A stretch of DNA of 61,801 bases, taken from the IMG/VR virus record IMGVR_UViG_2061766007_002667. One strand, 5' to 3'. A program made the translations under genes and the position numbers. Below, in pieces: positions 10,442 through 21,944 of this stretch (position 1 is its first letter; the number at the start of each line of letters is the position of its first letter). A model generated the notes under the pieces. That model did not search any database, was not told where the DNA came from, and saw only the letters and a program-made list of their open reading frames with translations. The DNA comes from an uncultured virus (IMG/VR IMGVR_UViG_2061766007_002667) (lineage: Duplodnaviria > Heunggongvirae > Uroviricota > Caudoviricetes).

Positions 10442-11016
10442 NNNNNNNNNNNNNNNNNNNNNNNNNNNNNNNNNNNNNNNNNNNNNNNNNNNNNTATGAT
10501 ATTTATAAAAGAAAAAATATGAATCCTTTAATTATCAAACCGCAAATTGATGATAGAGAAGGTAAACAAATTGGGTGGGGTACTACTTCTTCGAGAATAA
10601 CGGCAGAACAAGTCCCCGCCTATTATTTTAAAAATTTACAAGATGAACTATTTACTTTAGATTTTGGTGTAATTCTTGTAGATGAAGCACAATTTTTAAC
10701 AAATGATGATGTAATATTACTTTCAGAAGTTGTTGATAAAAAAGATATTTCAGTAATTGCTTATGGACTTAAAACTGACATTAATGGTCATCTTTTTCCA
10801 GGAGCAGCTTCTTTACTCGCTCTCGCTGATGAAACAAAAGAATTAGAATCTCTTTGTAATACTCCAACATGTAAAGAAAAAGCAATTATGCATTTGCGCT
10901 ACATAAATGGACAAATAGATTTATCTGGAAATCAAGTAGCTATAGAAAAAAATAACATTACTTATACTTCCGTTTGTCGCAAATGTTGGAAAAAAGCTCA
11001 TGAAAATAATCGTTGA
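10442..11016 (+). CDS. tdk: Thymidine kinase (N-terminus with P-loop in N gap)
   Basis: IIKPQIDDR, VDEAQFL, YGLKTD..G.LFPGA, Zn motif C...C and CRKCW. Confidence 0.92.
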
Positions 11017-11083
11017 GAATATAAAGAATTATGTTTTAATTTTTTAAACTAAGGCTTATATTAAATAAAAAAGGAAGTTATCA

Positions 11084-12573
11084 GTGAAGTTTATATGTCA
11101 AAATTGTAATAAAGAATATGAGGCCGATCCTTTACTTGGTACTTGGCAAAAAGATGGTCATCAAGAAAAAAGATCTGCTGGTGTTTCTGTTACTAAATTT
11201 TGTTGTTATAAATGTGGTAAAGATGCTCGTAAAAAGCATTTTAATGATACCTGGAATAATAAATCTGAAGAAGAATTAAAAACTATATACGAAAAGAAAA
11301 AAGCTGCTATAAAACCAAAAAAATGTATAGTGTGTGGTAAAGAATTTATTCCTAATAATATAGGTGGTAATCGAAATAATATATATTTATGTTCCGAAGA
11401 ATGTAAAGCTATTTATTATAATAGATACGAAGATTCTGGTGAAAAAATATGTCAAGAATGTGGTAAACATTATATATACATAAAGAATCAAGGTAATTGG
11501 GATAAAAATAATAATTTAATTCAATGCAAAGGTTTAGGTCATTCATTTACAATAAGAAGTGATAAATATTGTTGTTATGAATGTGGTATTAAGCATAAAG
11601 AAAAATTACGTAAAGAAAAAACATTAAAAAAATATGGATACGTAAGTCCATTTCAAAATAATGAAAAAAGACAAGAAATATATGAAAAATTAAAAGAAAC
11701 TGGTAAATTATTTGTATCTTCTGGCGAAAGTGAATTATTANNNNNNNNNNNNNNNNNNNNNNTATATCTGGTAATGGACTTTCAGAAGATAGTAAAAGAT
11801 TTGAAATCGATATATATATTCCTGAATTAAAAATAGGTATAGAATATAATGGTGTATATTTTCATAGTATCAATGGTAGAAAAAAAGATATAATATCAAC
11901 AGCATATCATTATAACAAAAGTAAATATGCACAAAATTTAGGAATAAACTTAATTCATATTTGGGAAGATCAATGGATTAATCAAAAAGATATAATTAAG
12001 GATATTTTAAAAGCTAGACTTGGTATATTATCCGAAAATAAAATATACGCTAGACAATGCAAAATAAAAGAAATTACAACTAAAGATTATAAGAAATTTT
12101 GTGAAGATAATCATATTCAAGGATATAAAAAAGCATCTATTAAATTAGGATTGTATTATAATGATATACTTGTACAAATTGCTTCTTTTAATAAAGTAAC
12201 AAATACTGGTAAAGCTAGCATTCTAAATAATAAATATGATTATGAATGGACAAGAGGTTGTATTGCATCTAATAATAAAGTAATAGGTGGCACTTCTAAG
12301 CTATTTAAATACTTCGTTTCTGTATATAATCCAAATTCAGTACTTTGTTATGCAGATTGGAATCTTTTTAATGGACAAGGATATAAACAATGTGGTTTTA
12401 TATTAGATGGTTATACCGGTCCAGATAAATTTTATATTCAAGTTAAACCAATAAAAAGAATAAACCGTAGTCCTTATAAATATAAAGAATACAAAGAATT
12501 AGTCGAAAAGAATAAATTATGGCTTTGTTATGGAGCAGGTTCTTTACGTTTTATTTGGAATAAAAATAAATAA
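11084..12573 (+). CDS. Hef-like homing endonuclease (Zn-finger repeats + Vsr/DUF559-type nuclease + GNAT-like C-domain), joined across N gap
   Basis: CxxC...CC.xCG repeats; EIDIYIPELKIGIEYNGVYFHS; IHIWEDQW; IYARQCKIKEI; NHIQG; GGTSKLFKYF; CYADW. Confidence 0.75.
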
Positions 12574-12602
12574 AAATAGTTTACCTGTTTATAAACTTGC
12601 TT

Positions 12603-12615
12603 GTTCTATATATTA
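12603..12615 (+). promoter_or_regulatory. Putative late promoter upstream of tail tube
   Basis: GTTCTATATATTA. Confidence 0.65.
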
Positions 12616-12672
12616 AAGTTACTTAACTTTAAAATTGCAATTTTACTTTTAATAAATAAGGAATAATAGAAT

Positions 12673-13224
12673 ATGCTTAATCCTCTTAGTAAAGTACAGA
12701 ATTTGAAGGATCCTTTGAAAATGTTCGTGGCGACATTTCAAATTGTATTTAAACCAGATTCTCCTCTTACTTCATTAGTTAATAGTCAAAATTTGGAATT
12801 ACGCTGTCAAACATTTGGTTTTCCAACAATTACTGGTGATCAGACAACTGTACAATGGGGTGGTTTTGAAAGACGTTACGCTGGTAAACAAACCCGTGCT
12901 GGTGATTGGACTGTTACTTTTACTGAAGTTTGGGACTCAAGTATTACTGAAGCGTTTAAAACTTGGTGTAATATGTATCATAATTATAAAGACGGTACAA
13001 TTTCACTTTTGGATGCTTATACAGCTACTGTTAATGTGGCATTAGTAAATCCTGATGTTTATGATCCAAAACCGGAAGGATTGAAGAGATATGATATGAG
13101 ACTTTATGATGTATTTCCAAAAAATGTTTCCTATCCAACAATTAATGCTTCAAGTTCTGATCCTGTGGAATTAACTGTAACATTTAGTTATAACTACTTC
13201 TTAATGGGTGATGAAAACGAATAA
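12673..13224 (+). CDS. Tail tube protein (T4 gp19-like)
   Basis: LRCQTFGFP...RYAGK...WTVTFTE...LYDVFPKNVS...ELTVTFSYNYF; size typical. Confidence 0.85.
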   Translation: MLNPLSKVQNLKDPLKMFVATFQIVFKPDSPLTSLVNSQNLELRCQTFGFPTITGDQTTVQWGGFERRYAGKQTRAGDWTVTFTEVWDSSITEAFKTWCNMYHNYKDGTISLLDAYTATVNVALVNPDVYDPKPEGLKRYDMRLYDVFPKNVSYPTINASSSDPVELTVTFSYNYFLMGDENE

Positions 13225-13400
13225 TTTTTAAGTAAAATCAATAACTTAGATAAAATATCCTGATTTTTTAAATTTCNNNNNNNNNNNNNNNNNNNNNNNN
13301 NNNNNNNNNNNNNNNNNNNNNNNNNNNNNNNNNNNNNNNNNNNNNNNNNNNNNNNNNNNNNNNNNNNNNNNNNNNNNNNNNNNNNNNNNNNNNNNNNNNN

Positions 13401-15281
13401 TCATAATGATGGAACATATAAACAATACTGTTGTTTACAATGTAAAGAAATTGCTAAAAAACTTAAAGAAATTGAAAAAAATGCACCAAAAAAATTAATT
13501 TGCCAACATTGTGGTAAAGAATATATTTGGGAAAATAAAGGTAATTGGGATAAAAATAATGAACAAATTATTNNNNNNNNNNNNNNNNNNNNNNNNNNNN
13601 NNNAACGTAGTCAATTCAAAAAAATTTTGTTGTTATGAATGTGGAAAAGCACATACTCGTGAAAAAGTAAAAACTACAAATTTAAAGCGTTATGGTTCTG
13701 AAAATGCTATGAAAGCAAAATGTATAAAAACACGGTTGAAAGAAAGTTTAGCAAAAAGAACAATTGAACAAAAAGAAGAAACTAAGAAAAAAAGAATTAA
13801 TACATGCTTAAATAAATATGGTGTTGAACATATTTCACAAAATGAATTAATTAAAGAAAAAGTAAAAAATACTCTAAAAAATACTTATAAACAAAAAAGT
13901 GAAGAAATAAAAAGAAAAGTTGAAAAAACTTGTCTAAAACGTTATGGTGTTACATCTACAAATAAACTAGNNNNNNNNNNNNNNNNNNNNNNAACTTGTT
14001 TAAAAAAATATGGTGTTGAATTTGCAGGTCAAAATGAACAACTTAGAAAAAAGATAGAAGAAACAAATTTAAAAAGATATGGAGTACGAATAGCTAGTTG
14101 TAATAAAATTATAGCTAACAAAATAAAAGAAAAACTTAGTANNNNNNNNNNNNNNNNNNNNNNNNNNNNNNNNNNNNNNNNNNNNNNNNNNACAAACTTG
14201 CTTAAAAAAATATGGTGTCGAATATCCTTGTTTAAGAGAAGAAGCCAGAAATAAATTGACTTGTATATCTTCTGTAAACAAAAATTTTTATAATAAATTG
14301 ATTAGAAATGATATAAAAGCAGAATTAGAATTTTCACTTAAAAGATATGCTTATGATATAAAAATTAATACAGTACTTATTGAAATTGATCCTATCTTTA
14401 CACACAATTCTTCACATGATATAATGCTTGGAAATTATTGTGTACATCCAAAATCATCGACGTATCATCAAGAAAAATCCCTTTATGCATTAAATAATAG
14501 TTATCGTTGTATTCATGTTTGGGATTGGGATGATGAAGATAAAATAATTGAGATGTTAAAAGAAAAAGAAACACTTTATGCACGTAAATTATGTATTAAA
14601 GTACCAACATTAGAAGAAACAGCTTTGTTTTTAGCTCAATATCATCTTCAAGGTTCATGTATGGGTCAAGATATAAGATTTGGGTTATATAAAGAAGATG
14701 AATTAATCGAAATTATGACTTTTGGAAAACCACGTTATAATAAAAAATATCAATGGGAATTATTAAGATTATGTACAAAAGCTGGTTACAAAGTAATTGG
14801 TGGTACAGAAAAGCTTTTTAAATGCTTTATAAAAGAATATAATCCAGAATCAGTTATTTCTTATTGTGATAATTCAAAATTTAAAGGAGACGTGTATAAA
14901 AAACTTGGAATGACTTTAAAAGATTATGGTAAACCATCAAAACACTGGTTTAATCCTATTACTTGCAGACATATTACAGATAATTTATTGCGTCAACGTG
15001 GTTATTCTCAATTACATAAGGATAAAGAGCATAAAAAAGGTGAAAATAATGAACAATTGATGCTTGAAAATGGGTATTTGGAAATATATGATTGCGGTCA
15101 AAGCACTTATATTTGGAATAAAATACCAGAAGGACAAGCTACACTTAAAGCTGGCGCTATAAAATCTCGTGAAACATATATAAAAAACATAACAACTAAA
15201 ATAAATGCTATGTCTGAAAAAGAGTGGGAAGAATATCTAAAAATACACCCCAAAACAACTTTGATAAAATATAGAAAATAA
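13401..15281 (+). CDS. Second Hef-like homing endonuclease (start in N gap; joined across gaps)
   Basis: Zn fingers, tandem T(N/C)LK(R/K)YG repeats, YDIKI..LIEIDP..THNS, IHVWDWD, LYARK, YHLQG, WELLRLC, GGTEKLFK, ISYCD, IYDCGQ. Confidence 0.75.
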
Positions 15282-15302
15282 AAAGCATATATTATAAACA
15301 CA

Positions 15303-15315
15303 GTTCTATATTATA
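15303..15315 (+). promoter_or_regulatory. Putative late promoter upstream of prohead protease
   Basis: GTTCTATATTATA. Confidence 0.65.
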
Positions 15316-15353
15316 AATTGAATATTCATAAATTTTTTATACAGGATAGATCT

Positions 15354-18300
15354 ATGCCTAAGAAAAAAGATACTCGTCAATTACTTATTGAATCATCAGA
15401 ATTCATTTCGCAAATTAAATTATCTAATGAATTAAAAGAAGCTGTAAAATTATCACCTGGCAAAGCAGGAACATTAATTGTTCGTAATATTCCAGCAACA
15501 ATTTGTAATAGACCGAATCAAAACAATCGTATTTATTCAACGGAAGTTATTCAAGAAGCTATTAATAATGCAAAATTAGCAATAGAAACGAAACAATTAC
15601 TAGGAAAGCCAAATGAACATCCTGAAGGCTCTTTTATTGCACCAAGTGAAGCATCTCATGTCATAATCAATGCTTATATCAAAAAGAATGTAAAATATAT
15701 CATTGAAGGTAAAGAAGAAGTCAATGATATGCTTTTTATGGATTGGGAAATATTAAATACACAAAACGGTAAAGACTTGAGAGCATTATTTGAAGCTGAA
15801 TGCTCAATAGGTACTAGTATTAGAGGATTAGGCGATCTTGAAGGTCAATATGTTAAAAATTATCAATTAATTGGTATAGATTGCGTTGGTCAACCAAGTT
15901 CATCTACTTTTACTCGTATGCCAGTATCTGAAAGCGTTAAAGTAGAACTTGCAGATCCTCGTAAATTAGAAGAAACTTTTACAGTTACTACTTCTTCAAC
16001 GAATGTAGTGCGTGATTTAAATGCTGCTGCTCAATTACAGGCTGAACTTGATAATATTGGTTATGGTACTGTTGTAAAAACGTCTACTAAGCTTGATAGT
16101 GAAACAGATCCTAAAACTGGTGCCGAAACTACTATTACGACATTGGAGGCAGAAACTTCAGATGATGTTGGTGAATTAGATCAAGCTTTACAATTAGCTC
16201 GTAATGCTATGCTAAATGGTAAAGTTAGTATCGATAGTATTACAATTGAAAATGTAAAAGAAGAAGAGCCTAAAGAATCTGTCGAAAATAAAGAAGATGA
16301 AAAAACTTTAAATGAAGAAGAAAAAGATCCAACATATTTAGCTTTAAAGAAAAGTAATTATTATCGTTTTAACACGCCTGAAGAATACATGCAGTTTATA
16401 AACGATAATGCTAATTATCTTGATAATGGTTATTCATTACCTGAAGCTGAAAAAATTTTTGCTGAATATACAGATAATAAAATTAGTCCTGAATTAGCTT
16501 GTCATAAACTTGAAGGATTCGTTAGTAATATTACAAATAAAACTTTTGAGGAAGATGAATATGTACCGGAATCTACTCTTATTAAAGAAGATGAAGATGG
16601 TAATATTGATGCAAGAGAAACTGAAGAAAAAAGAAGTTCAGATTTACGTTCTGTATTAAATAACATTGATAATTATTTATTAAAGATTTTAGATTCTATA
16701 GATGTTTTAGATCCTAATAATAGGGATAAACGTACAAAAGTTTTTGAACTTTGGGATGAAGTAAGACGTGCAAGAACTTTATCTCAGCCATTTGAAAATA
16801 TGGATAATAATCAACGTATATCTGAATTTAAAAGAATCATAGACAAAGCAAATCAATTCATCTCTGAATACAAAAATGTAAAGATGGAATCTACTATGAC
16901 TGAATCTAAAAAAGAAGAAGAAAAAGATCCAAATGAAGGTAAAAAATTCGTATTAAGATGTAAAACGAATGGTAAATATATTGCCATGAATGGTAATGCT
17001 ATTGATTTTGTTGAAAATCCAAAAGAAGCTATTCATTTTGTTCAAGGTAAAGAAGAATCAGGTATTGTTCATTTAAGTAATATTAAAAAAATTCTTGATA
17101 CAATGGGTCAATACGAAGTTGAAAAATATTATCGTAAAGAACAAAAAGTTACAAATGAAGGTTTAGGTTCTGGTAATCCTGTTGCTGGTAATATTAAACC
17201 ACAAAATGCAATTATTCCTCAAAAAAATACAAATAATGAAATTCTGCACAATGATGAAAACACTAGCCTAAACGAAGATGATTCTAATTATAAAGCTAAA
17301 ATTGAAATTCAAAAAGCAGATGGTAATATGGAAACTGATGAAATTCCTGTTGCTTCTAAAGATTTAGATTCTATGCTTAAAGAAATAGGTAATCTTTACG
17401 CTATGAAATCACAAAACGCAAACGGTATGTTAAAAATTACTGTTATTAATACAACAACAGGTGAAGCTTCTGTTTATAATCCAGAAACCAATTCTTTTNN
17501 NNNNNNNNNNNNNNNNNNNNNNNNNNNNNNNNNTATTCAAAATAATCTTGATACTGAGAAAAATAAAGATACGCTTCAACAAAATAATTCTACTTTAACT
17601 GCTAAAATTGATAATAAACAAGAAATTAGTAAAGAATTTGATAGTCCTTTACAAGCATCTATTGCAAAAGCTGGTATGGAAAATGGTGAATTAGATGCTG
17701 ATACTATGCTCAATGAAGATGAAAATAAAGATGAATCAGAAACAATTAAATGTGCATGGTGCGGTGAAGAATTTGAAAAATCTAATATGAAAAAAGAAAA
17801 AGATTTGGGTTATCTTTGTAATACTTGTGCAAAAGGTATTCAATCAAGAGAAGGTAAGTTAAATTTTGAAGAAGATAATCAACCTAAGATTAAATCTGGT
17901 TGGTATGTAAGTTGCGATGGTATTGGTGTTAGTGGTCCGTATCAATCTAAAGAAGAAGCTCTTGAGGGTTTAGAAGGCTTTGAAAATGTTATTTCTGTGG
18001 ATTATATCGATGAAAAAGATATTGAAGAAACTAAAATAAGCGAAGTGCTTTATAAAAATCCTTCAGAACCATCAGATCCTTATATTGATGAACCTTTAAA
18101 AGAAGAAAGAAAGCGTTTTAAATTTTATCTCCCTGATGATTTTGATTTTTCTCCAGAGCAACTTAAAGAATTAGAAAATATTCATGATTTATATATCGAA
18201 GGAAGATTAGATGATTCTCAAGCATTTGAAGCTTTAGAAAAAATAAATATTAAAAATCCATTTGCTGGGGAAATGATCACAGCATGGAATAAAGCACTTT

Positions 18301-18647
18301 TTGATGAAATAGATGAATTGGGTGCTGCTGCTTTTGAAGATGATGAATATATGGTTGAAAATTCTTCTGATTCAGATGAAGAAATCAGCATTCTTTTAGG
18401 TGATATTGATTGGGATATAAACGGTATTACTTCTAAATTTATGGCTAATAGCCAACCAGATGATGTTGCAACACATGGTGATTTAGAAAGTCTTATTAAT
18501 GATTTGCCAGATACTTTGTCTGTCAAAATAAAAGCAAATGACATTAATATGGATGATCCAGAAAAAATTAAAAATACATTATTGGATTTAGCTAGTGATA
18601 ATTCAGGATTAAAAATAAATAATGCTACAATTCTTGATATTAAATAG
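15354..18647 (+). CDS. Prohead protease (T4 gp21-like) with ~900-aa acidic C-terminal extension
   Basis: NQNNRIYS, NEHP (His), GTSIRGLG (Ser), DCVGQPS (Asp); likely ATG 15354 after AGGA. Confidence 0.8.
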   Translation: MPKKKDTRQLLIESSEFISQIKLSNELKEAVKLSPGKAGTLIVRNIPATICNRPNQNNRIYSTEVIQEAINNAKLAIETKQLLGKPNEHPEGSFIAPSEASHVIINAYIKKNVKYIIEGKEEVNDMLFMDWEILNTQNGKDLRALFEAECSIGTSIRGLGDLEGQYVKNYQLIGIDCVGQPSSSTFTRMPVSESVKVELADPRKLEETFTVTTSSTNVVRDLNAAAQLQAELDNIGYGTVVKTSTKLDSETDPKTGAETTITTLEAETSDDVGELDQALQLARNAMLNGKVSIDSITIENVKEEEPKESVENKEDEKTLNEEEKDPTYLALKKSNYYRFNTPEEYMQFINDNANYLDNGYSLPEAEKIFAEYTDNKISPELACHKLEGFVSNITNKTFEEDEYVPESTLIKEDEDGNIDARETEEKRSSDLRSVLNNIDNYLLKILDSIDVLDPNNRDKRTKVFELWDEVRRARTLSQPFENMDNNQRISEFKRIIDKANQFISEYKNVKMESTMTESKKEEEKDPNEGKKFVLRCKTNGKYIAMNGNAIDFVENPKEAIHFVQGKEESGIVHLSNIKKILDTMGQYEVEKYYRKEQKVTNEGLGSGNPVAGNIKPQNAIIPQKNTNNEILHNDENTSLNEDDSNYKAKIEIQKADGNMETDEIPVASKDLDSMLKEIGNLYAMKSQNANGMLKITVINTTTGEASVYNPETNSFXXXXXXXXXXXXIQNNLDTEKNKDTLQQNNSTLTAKIDNKQEISKEFDSPLQASIAKAGMENGELDADTMLNEDENKDESETIKCAWCGEEFEKSNMKKEKDLGYLCNTCAKGIQSREGKLNFEEDNQPKIKSGWYVSCDGIGVSGPYQSKEEALEGLEGFENVISVDYIDEKDIEETKISEVLYKNPSEPSDPYIDEPLKEERKRFKFYLPDDFDFSPEQLKELENIHDLYIEGRLDDSQAFEALEKINIKNPFAGEMITAWNKALFDEIDELGAAAFEDDEYMVENSSDSDEEISILLGDIDWDINGITSKFMANSQPDDVATHGDLESLINDLPDTLSVKIKANDINMDDPEKIKNTLLDLASDNSGLKINNATILDIK

Positions 18648-18659
18648 TTCTATATAATG
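18647..18659 (+). promoter_or_regulatory. Putative late promoter
   Basis: GTTCTATATAATG. Confidence 0.6.
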
Positions 18660-18715
18660 TACATAGTAAATTTACTAATTTAAATAATTTTCTAGAATAT
18701 AAAGGATTAATATAA

Positions 18716-19429
18716 ATGAAGAAAGAAGAAATTATCAAAGCTTTGCTTGCTGAAGCTAACGCTTTGAATGTTAAAAACGCTGATGATACAATTCAAAATA
18801 TCGAGACCAAAGAAGTTCATGACGCACCGAAAGCAGATGGAGTTCAAGGTTTAGATTCAGAATTGCCTACTCAAAAAGAAATTGAAAAAGAAGTCAATAA
18901 AGATGAAGGTCCGATGATTCCTGTTGATAAAGATGGTGTGTCAAAAGACGGTGGTGATTCTGATTTGTTGTCTCAAGGTAAAGTTGAAGCTGAGCGTAAA
19001 AAAGAAGATAATGGTATGAAAGATGTTATTAATGTTTCCAGCCGTAAGGTTGAAGAAACAGCTGAAGTTAATAACGAATTGCTTAACCAATTAAAAGAAG
19101 CTTCTGCTCGTGAAAACGCTTATATTGAAAAAATTAATAAAATCACAGCTCTTTGTGAAAAAGCTTTAACTGATCAAGAAGCCTCTTNNNNNNNNNNNNN
19201 NNNNNNNNTTTTCGAAGCTGTTATTAGCGAAGGTGAAAAACTTGAGAAAGAATTGAATGAAGCTGCAAAGAAAAATGAAAAAATGTATAAATCAGCTAAA
19301 AGATTATATGAAGGTTCTTCTAAACTCAATAAAGTCTTAGTAGAGGCTCTGAGAAAAGCTCAGCCCGAAAAGCAGATGACGAGATATGAAACGCCTGCAT
19401 CGCGTGTTATCCGTAACATCAATAAATAA
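18716..19429 (+). CDS. Putative prohead core/scaffold protein
   Basis: Follows the protease; acidic N-half, coiled-coil C-half, strong AAAGGA RBS. Confidence 0.55.
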   Translation: MKKEEIIKALLAEANALNVKNADDTIQNIETKEVHDAPKADGVQGLDSELPTQKEIEKEVNKDEGPMIPVDKDGVSKDGGDSDLLSQGKVEAERKKEDNGMKDVINVSSRKVEETAEVNNELLNQLKEASARENAYIEKINKITALCEKALTDQEASXXXXXXXXFEAVISEGEKLEKELNEAAKKNEKMYKSAKRLYEGSSKLNKVLVEALRKAQPEKQMTRYETPASRVIRNINK

Positions 19430-19458
19430 TCCTTTATTAGAAGATTATATACTTAAAA

Positions 19459-19484
19459 GGGTCTAGGAAACTAGATCCTTTTTT
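19459..19484 (+). terminator. Rho-independent terminator
   Basis: GGGTCTAG-GAAA-CTAGATCC followed by T6. Confidence 0.8.
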
Positions 19485-19597
19485 ATAGTTCTAAATNNNN
19501 NNNNNNNNNNNNNNNNNNNNNNNNNNNNNNNNNNNNNNNNNNNNNNNNNNNNNNNNNNNNNNNNNNNNNNNNNNNNNNNNNNNNNNNNNNNNNNNNN

Positions 19598-20160
19598 TAA
19601 AACCTGCTCATATTAGAGCTATTTTTGAAGTAGAAGCTGGAGGTAGATCTGGTTTTTTATTAGCTGATGATACAAAACCTGTTACTTTAGAAGAAGGACA
19701 TATTTTTTATAAATATGCCAAACAAAAAGGTTTAAATGTAGAAGAACTTTGTAAAAAATATCCAACAATTTGTTATCCAAAATGGAATAAAGCTTATTAT
19801 AAAGTTGGATTAGCAGAATATGCAAGATATGAATTGGCTAAATCAGTAAATGAAGAATGTGCTATGCTTGCAACATCTTGGGGTGTTGGCCAAATTATGG
19901 GATTTAATTATGCAGCTTGCGGTTATAAAAATGTAAAAGCATTTGTAGAAGATATGTATATTTCAGAAGAAAAACAACTACGTGCTATGTGCAAATTTAT
20001 TAAATCAAATAATAAAATGTTTAATGCTTTAAAAAACCAAGACTGGGCTACTTTTGCTTGTTTATATAATGGGAGTGCATATAAACAAAATAAATATGAT
20101 ACTAAATTACAATTAGCTTTTAATAAATATAATACAGATACAAAAACCGCATTTGCTTAA
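19598..20160 (+). CDS. Endolysin, N-acetylmuramidase (DUF3380 family); start in N gap
   Basis: AIFEVEAGG.SGF, EGHIF, SWGVGQIMGFNY, QLRAMCKFI, DWATFACLYNG; GTTCTA motif at 19488. Confidence 0.85.
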
Positions 20161-20987
20161 AGTAATGTACTTCTTATAGTATCACAATCACAAATAAAAC
20201 AATGATCACTATCAGAATAACATAAAGTAAAGTTTTCTGAGTGACCACACATACTTTTTCTTGAAGTTACATCAATTAATTGACCTTTTATATACTTATG
20301 TAGTATAATATCTTGTCCTAAAAGAAAATTATTGCAGTATTTCAATAAATAACCTGGTGCCTGTTTATCTAATTTATATAATGTTTTAAAAACAAGTTCT
20401 CTAGAAGGTGCTTNNNNNNNNNNNNNNNNNNNNNNNNNNNNNNNNTATAAGGAATAGTATTTACATCAATCTGATATTGATTCATATAAAGTCCTAAATC
20501 AAATTTATCATTGAGAATATCTTCACAAAAATCTTTCGTAAGGATCAAGTTAACGATAATCATCAAATCTGGATATAATTTACGCAAAAGTTGTAAATTT
20601 TTATAAAAAAGTAATCNNNNNNNNNNNNNNNNNNNNNNNNNNNNNNNNNNNNNNNNNNNNNNNNNNNNNNNNNNNNNNNNNNNNNNNNNNNNNNNNNNNN
20701 NNNNNNNNNNNNNNNNNNNNNNNNNNNNNNNNNNNNNNNNNNNNNNNNNNNNNNNNNAATTGAAACAAATCATATAATCTATATACAATCTCTGGATCAG
20801 TTTCACAAAACAATTCTCCACCAACAAATAAAGTATGACTATTCGTTAAATCTCTCAAATATTCTTTAACTAATTGAATTGCGAGCAACTTTTCTTCTTT
20901 TGTTGACATATCTTCTATTCTTTGCCAACAAAATTTACAATTATTATTACAGTTGTTCCATAAAAGAAATTCATTTATTGGTAGCAT
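20157..20987 (-). CDS. Radical SAM-like Fe-S protein (joined across gaps)
   Basis: CNNNCKFC (CxxxCxxC), FVGGELF, Cys-rich C-terminus. Confidence 0.65.
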
Positions 20988-21042
20988 TGCTTATTCTCCT
21001 ATTTATATTAGAATATTTTTTCATCAATAANNNNNNNNNNTA

Positions 21043-21363
21043 GTTGGTAATATTATTGAATATAACATTACAAAAACTTTAGAAGAAAAAATTATTTCTG
21101 ATTTAGTAAATACTCTTCCAAAAAGTTATGATTGGAAAAATAAAACTAGTAAAGAAATTTTTAATACTTTTATTGATATTATAACTAGCTGTAATATATG
21201 TAAAAATTTTAAAAAATACACAGCTAAAATTGTTTTAAATGATTCTGGAATAATTAAAAACCAGCTTTTGTGCTGGAAAGAAATGGCAAATAGTGATTAT
21301 AAAGATTTATTTATACAAATAACTCCTATGAAAACAAAAAACCATTATAAACTAGAAGTTAAA
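21043..21363 (+). CDS. Hypothetical protein fragment (both ends in gaps)
   Basis: Stop-free frame of about 107 codons VGNIIEYNIT...ITPMKTKNHYKLEVK. Confidence 0.4.
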
Positions 21364-21400
21364 NNNNNNNNNNNNNNNNNNNNNNNNNNNNNNNNNNNNN

Positions 21401-21578
21401 AAAGCTGATCTAGCGCTTCTGTATTAACAACAGTACGAATTAATCCACCAGGTATTCTTAGGTAAGTTACATTATAACCGAGTTCATTAAAATTACCATC
21501 TACAGATTCAAAAAGCTTTAAACATTTTAATTTTTCTTCAGTAATTTCTATATTTATTTTAATCTTTTTATTAAACAT
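21401..21578 (-). CDS. Small hypothetical protein
   Basis: MFNKKIKINIE...YLRIPGGLIRT; AGGA RBS; stop in gap. Confidence 0.5.
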
Positions 21579-21585
21579 TTTGTTC

Positions 21586-21804
21586 CTATTCAAAATTAGT
21601 TTTAATATATGTGTAAATATTTTGAAATTCAGACATATCACTTTCTGTCAATTTTAACTTTTTATTACATATAGTTAATAAACCATCTTGTAAAATATAT
21701 TTTTTCTTTATAAATTCCTTAACTTCTTCTAATGTTAAGTATATTTGTTTTTTATTAGAAGCTATTAATTTGATACCGGTTTCATCTAAATTTATAACAC
21801 GCAT
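21586..21804 (-). CDS. Small hypothetical protein
   Basis: 72-aa ORF with GAGGAG RBS. Confidence 0.6.
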   Translation of the reverse strand: MRVINLDETGIKLIASNKKQIYLTLEEVKEFIKKKYILQDGLLTICNKKLKLTESDMSEFQNIYTYIKTNFE

Positions 21805-21944
21805 TTCTTTTTCTCCTCAAAGATAATTATAATATACACACAAAAAAATAAATTGTAAAGCATTTTTTATTATTTTTAACAATATTTAGTAGACATAAAA
21901 TAAATTTTAATTCTTATTAAAGTAATGTTTGGAGATAAAATTAA

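Noticed and set aside
13660..14230. DNA repeats of the aaaaaatatggtgttgaa type
   Set aside because: They encode the TxLKxYG protein repeats of the endonuclease, not a non-coding array
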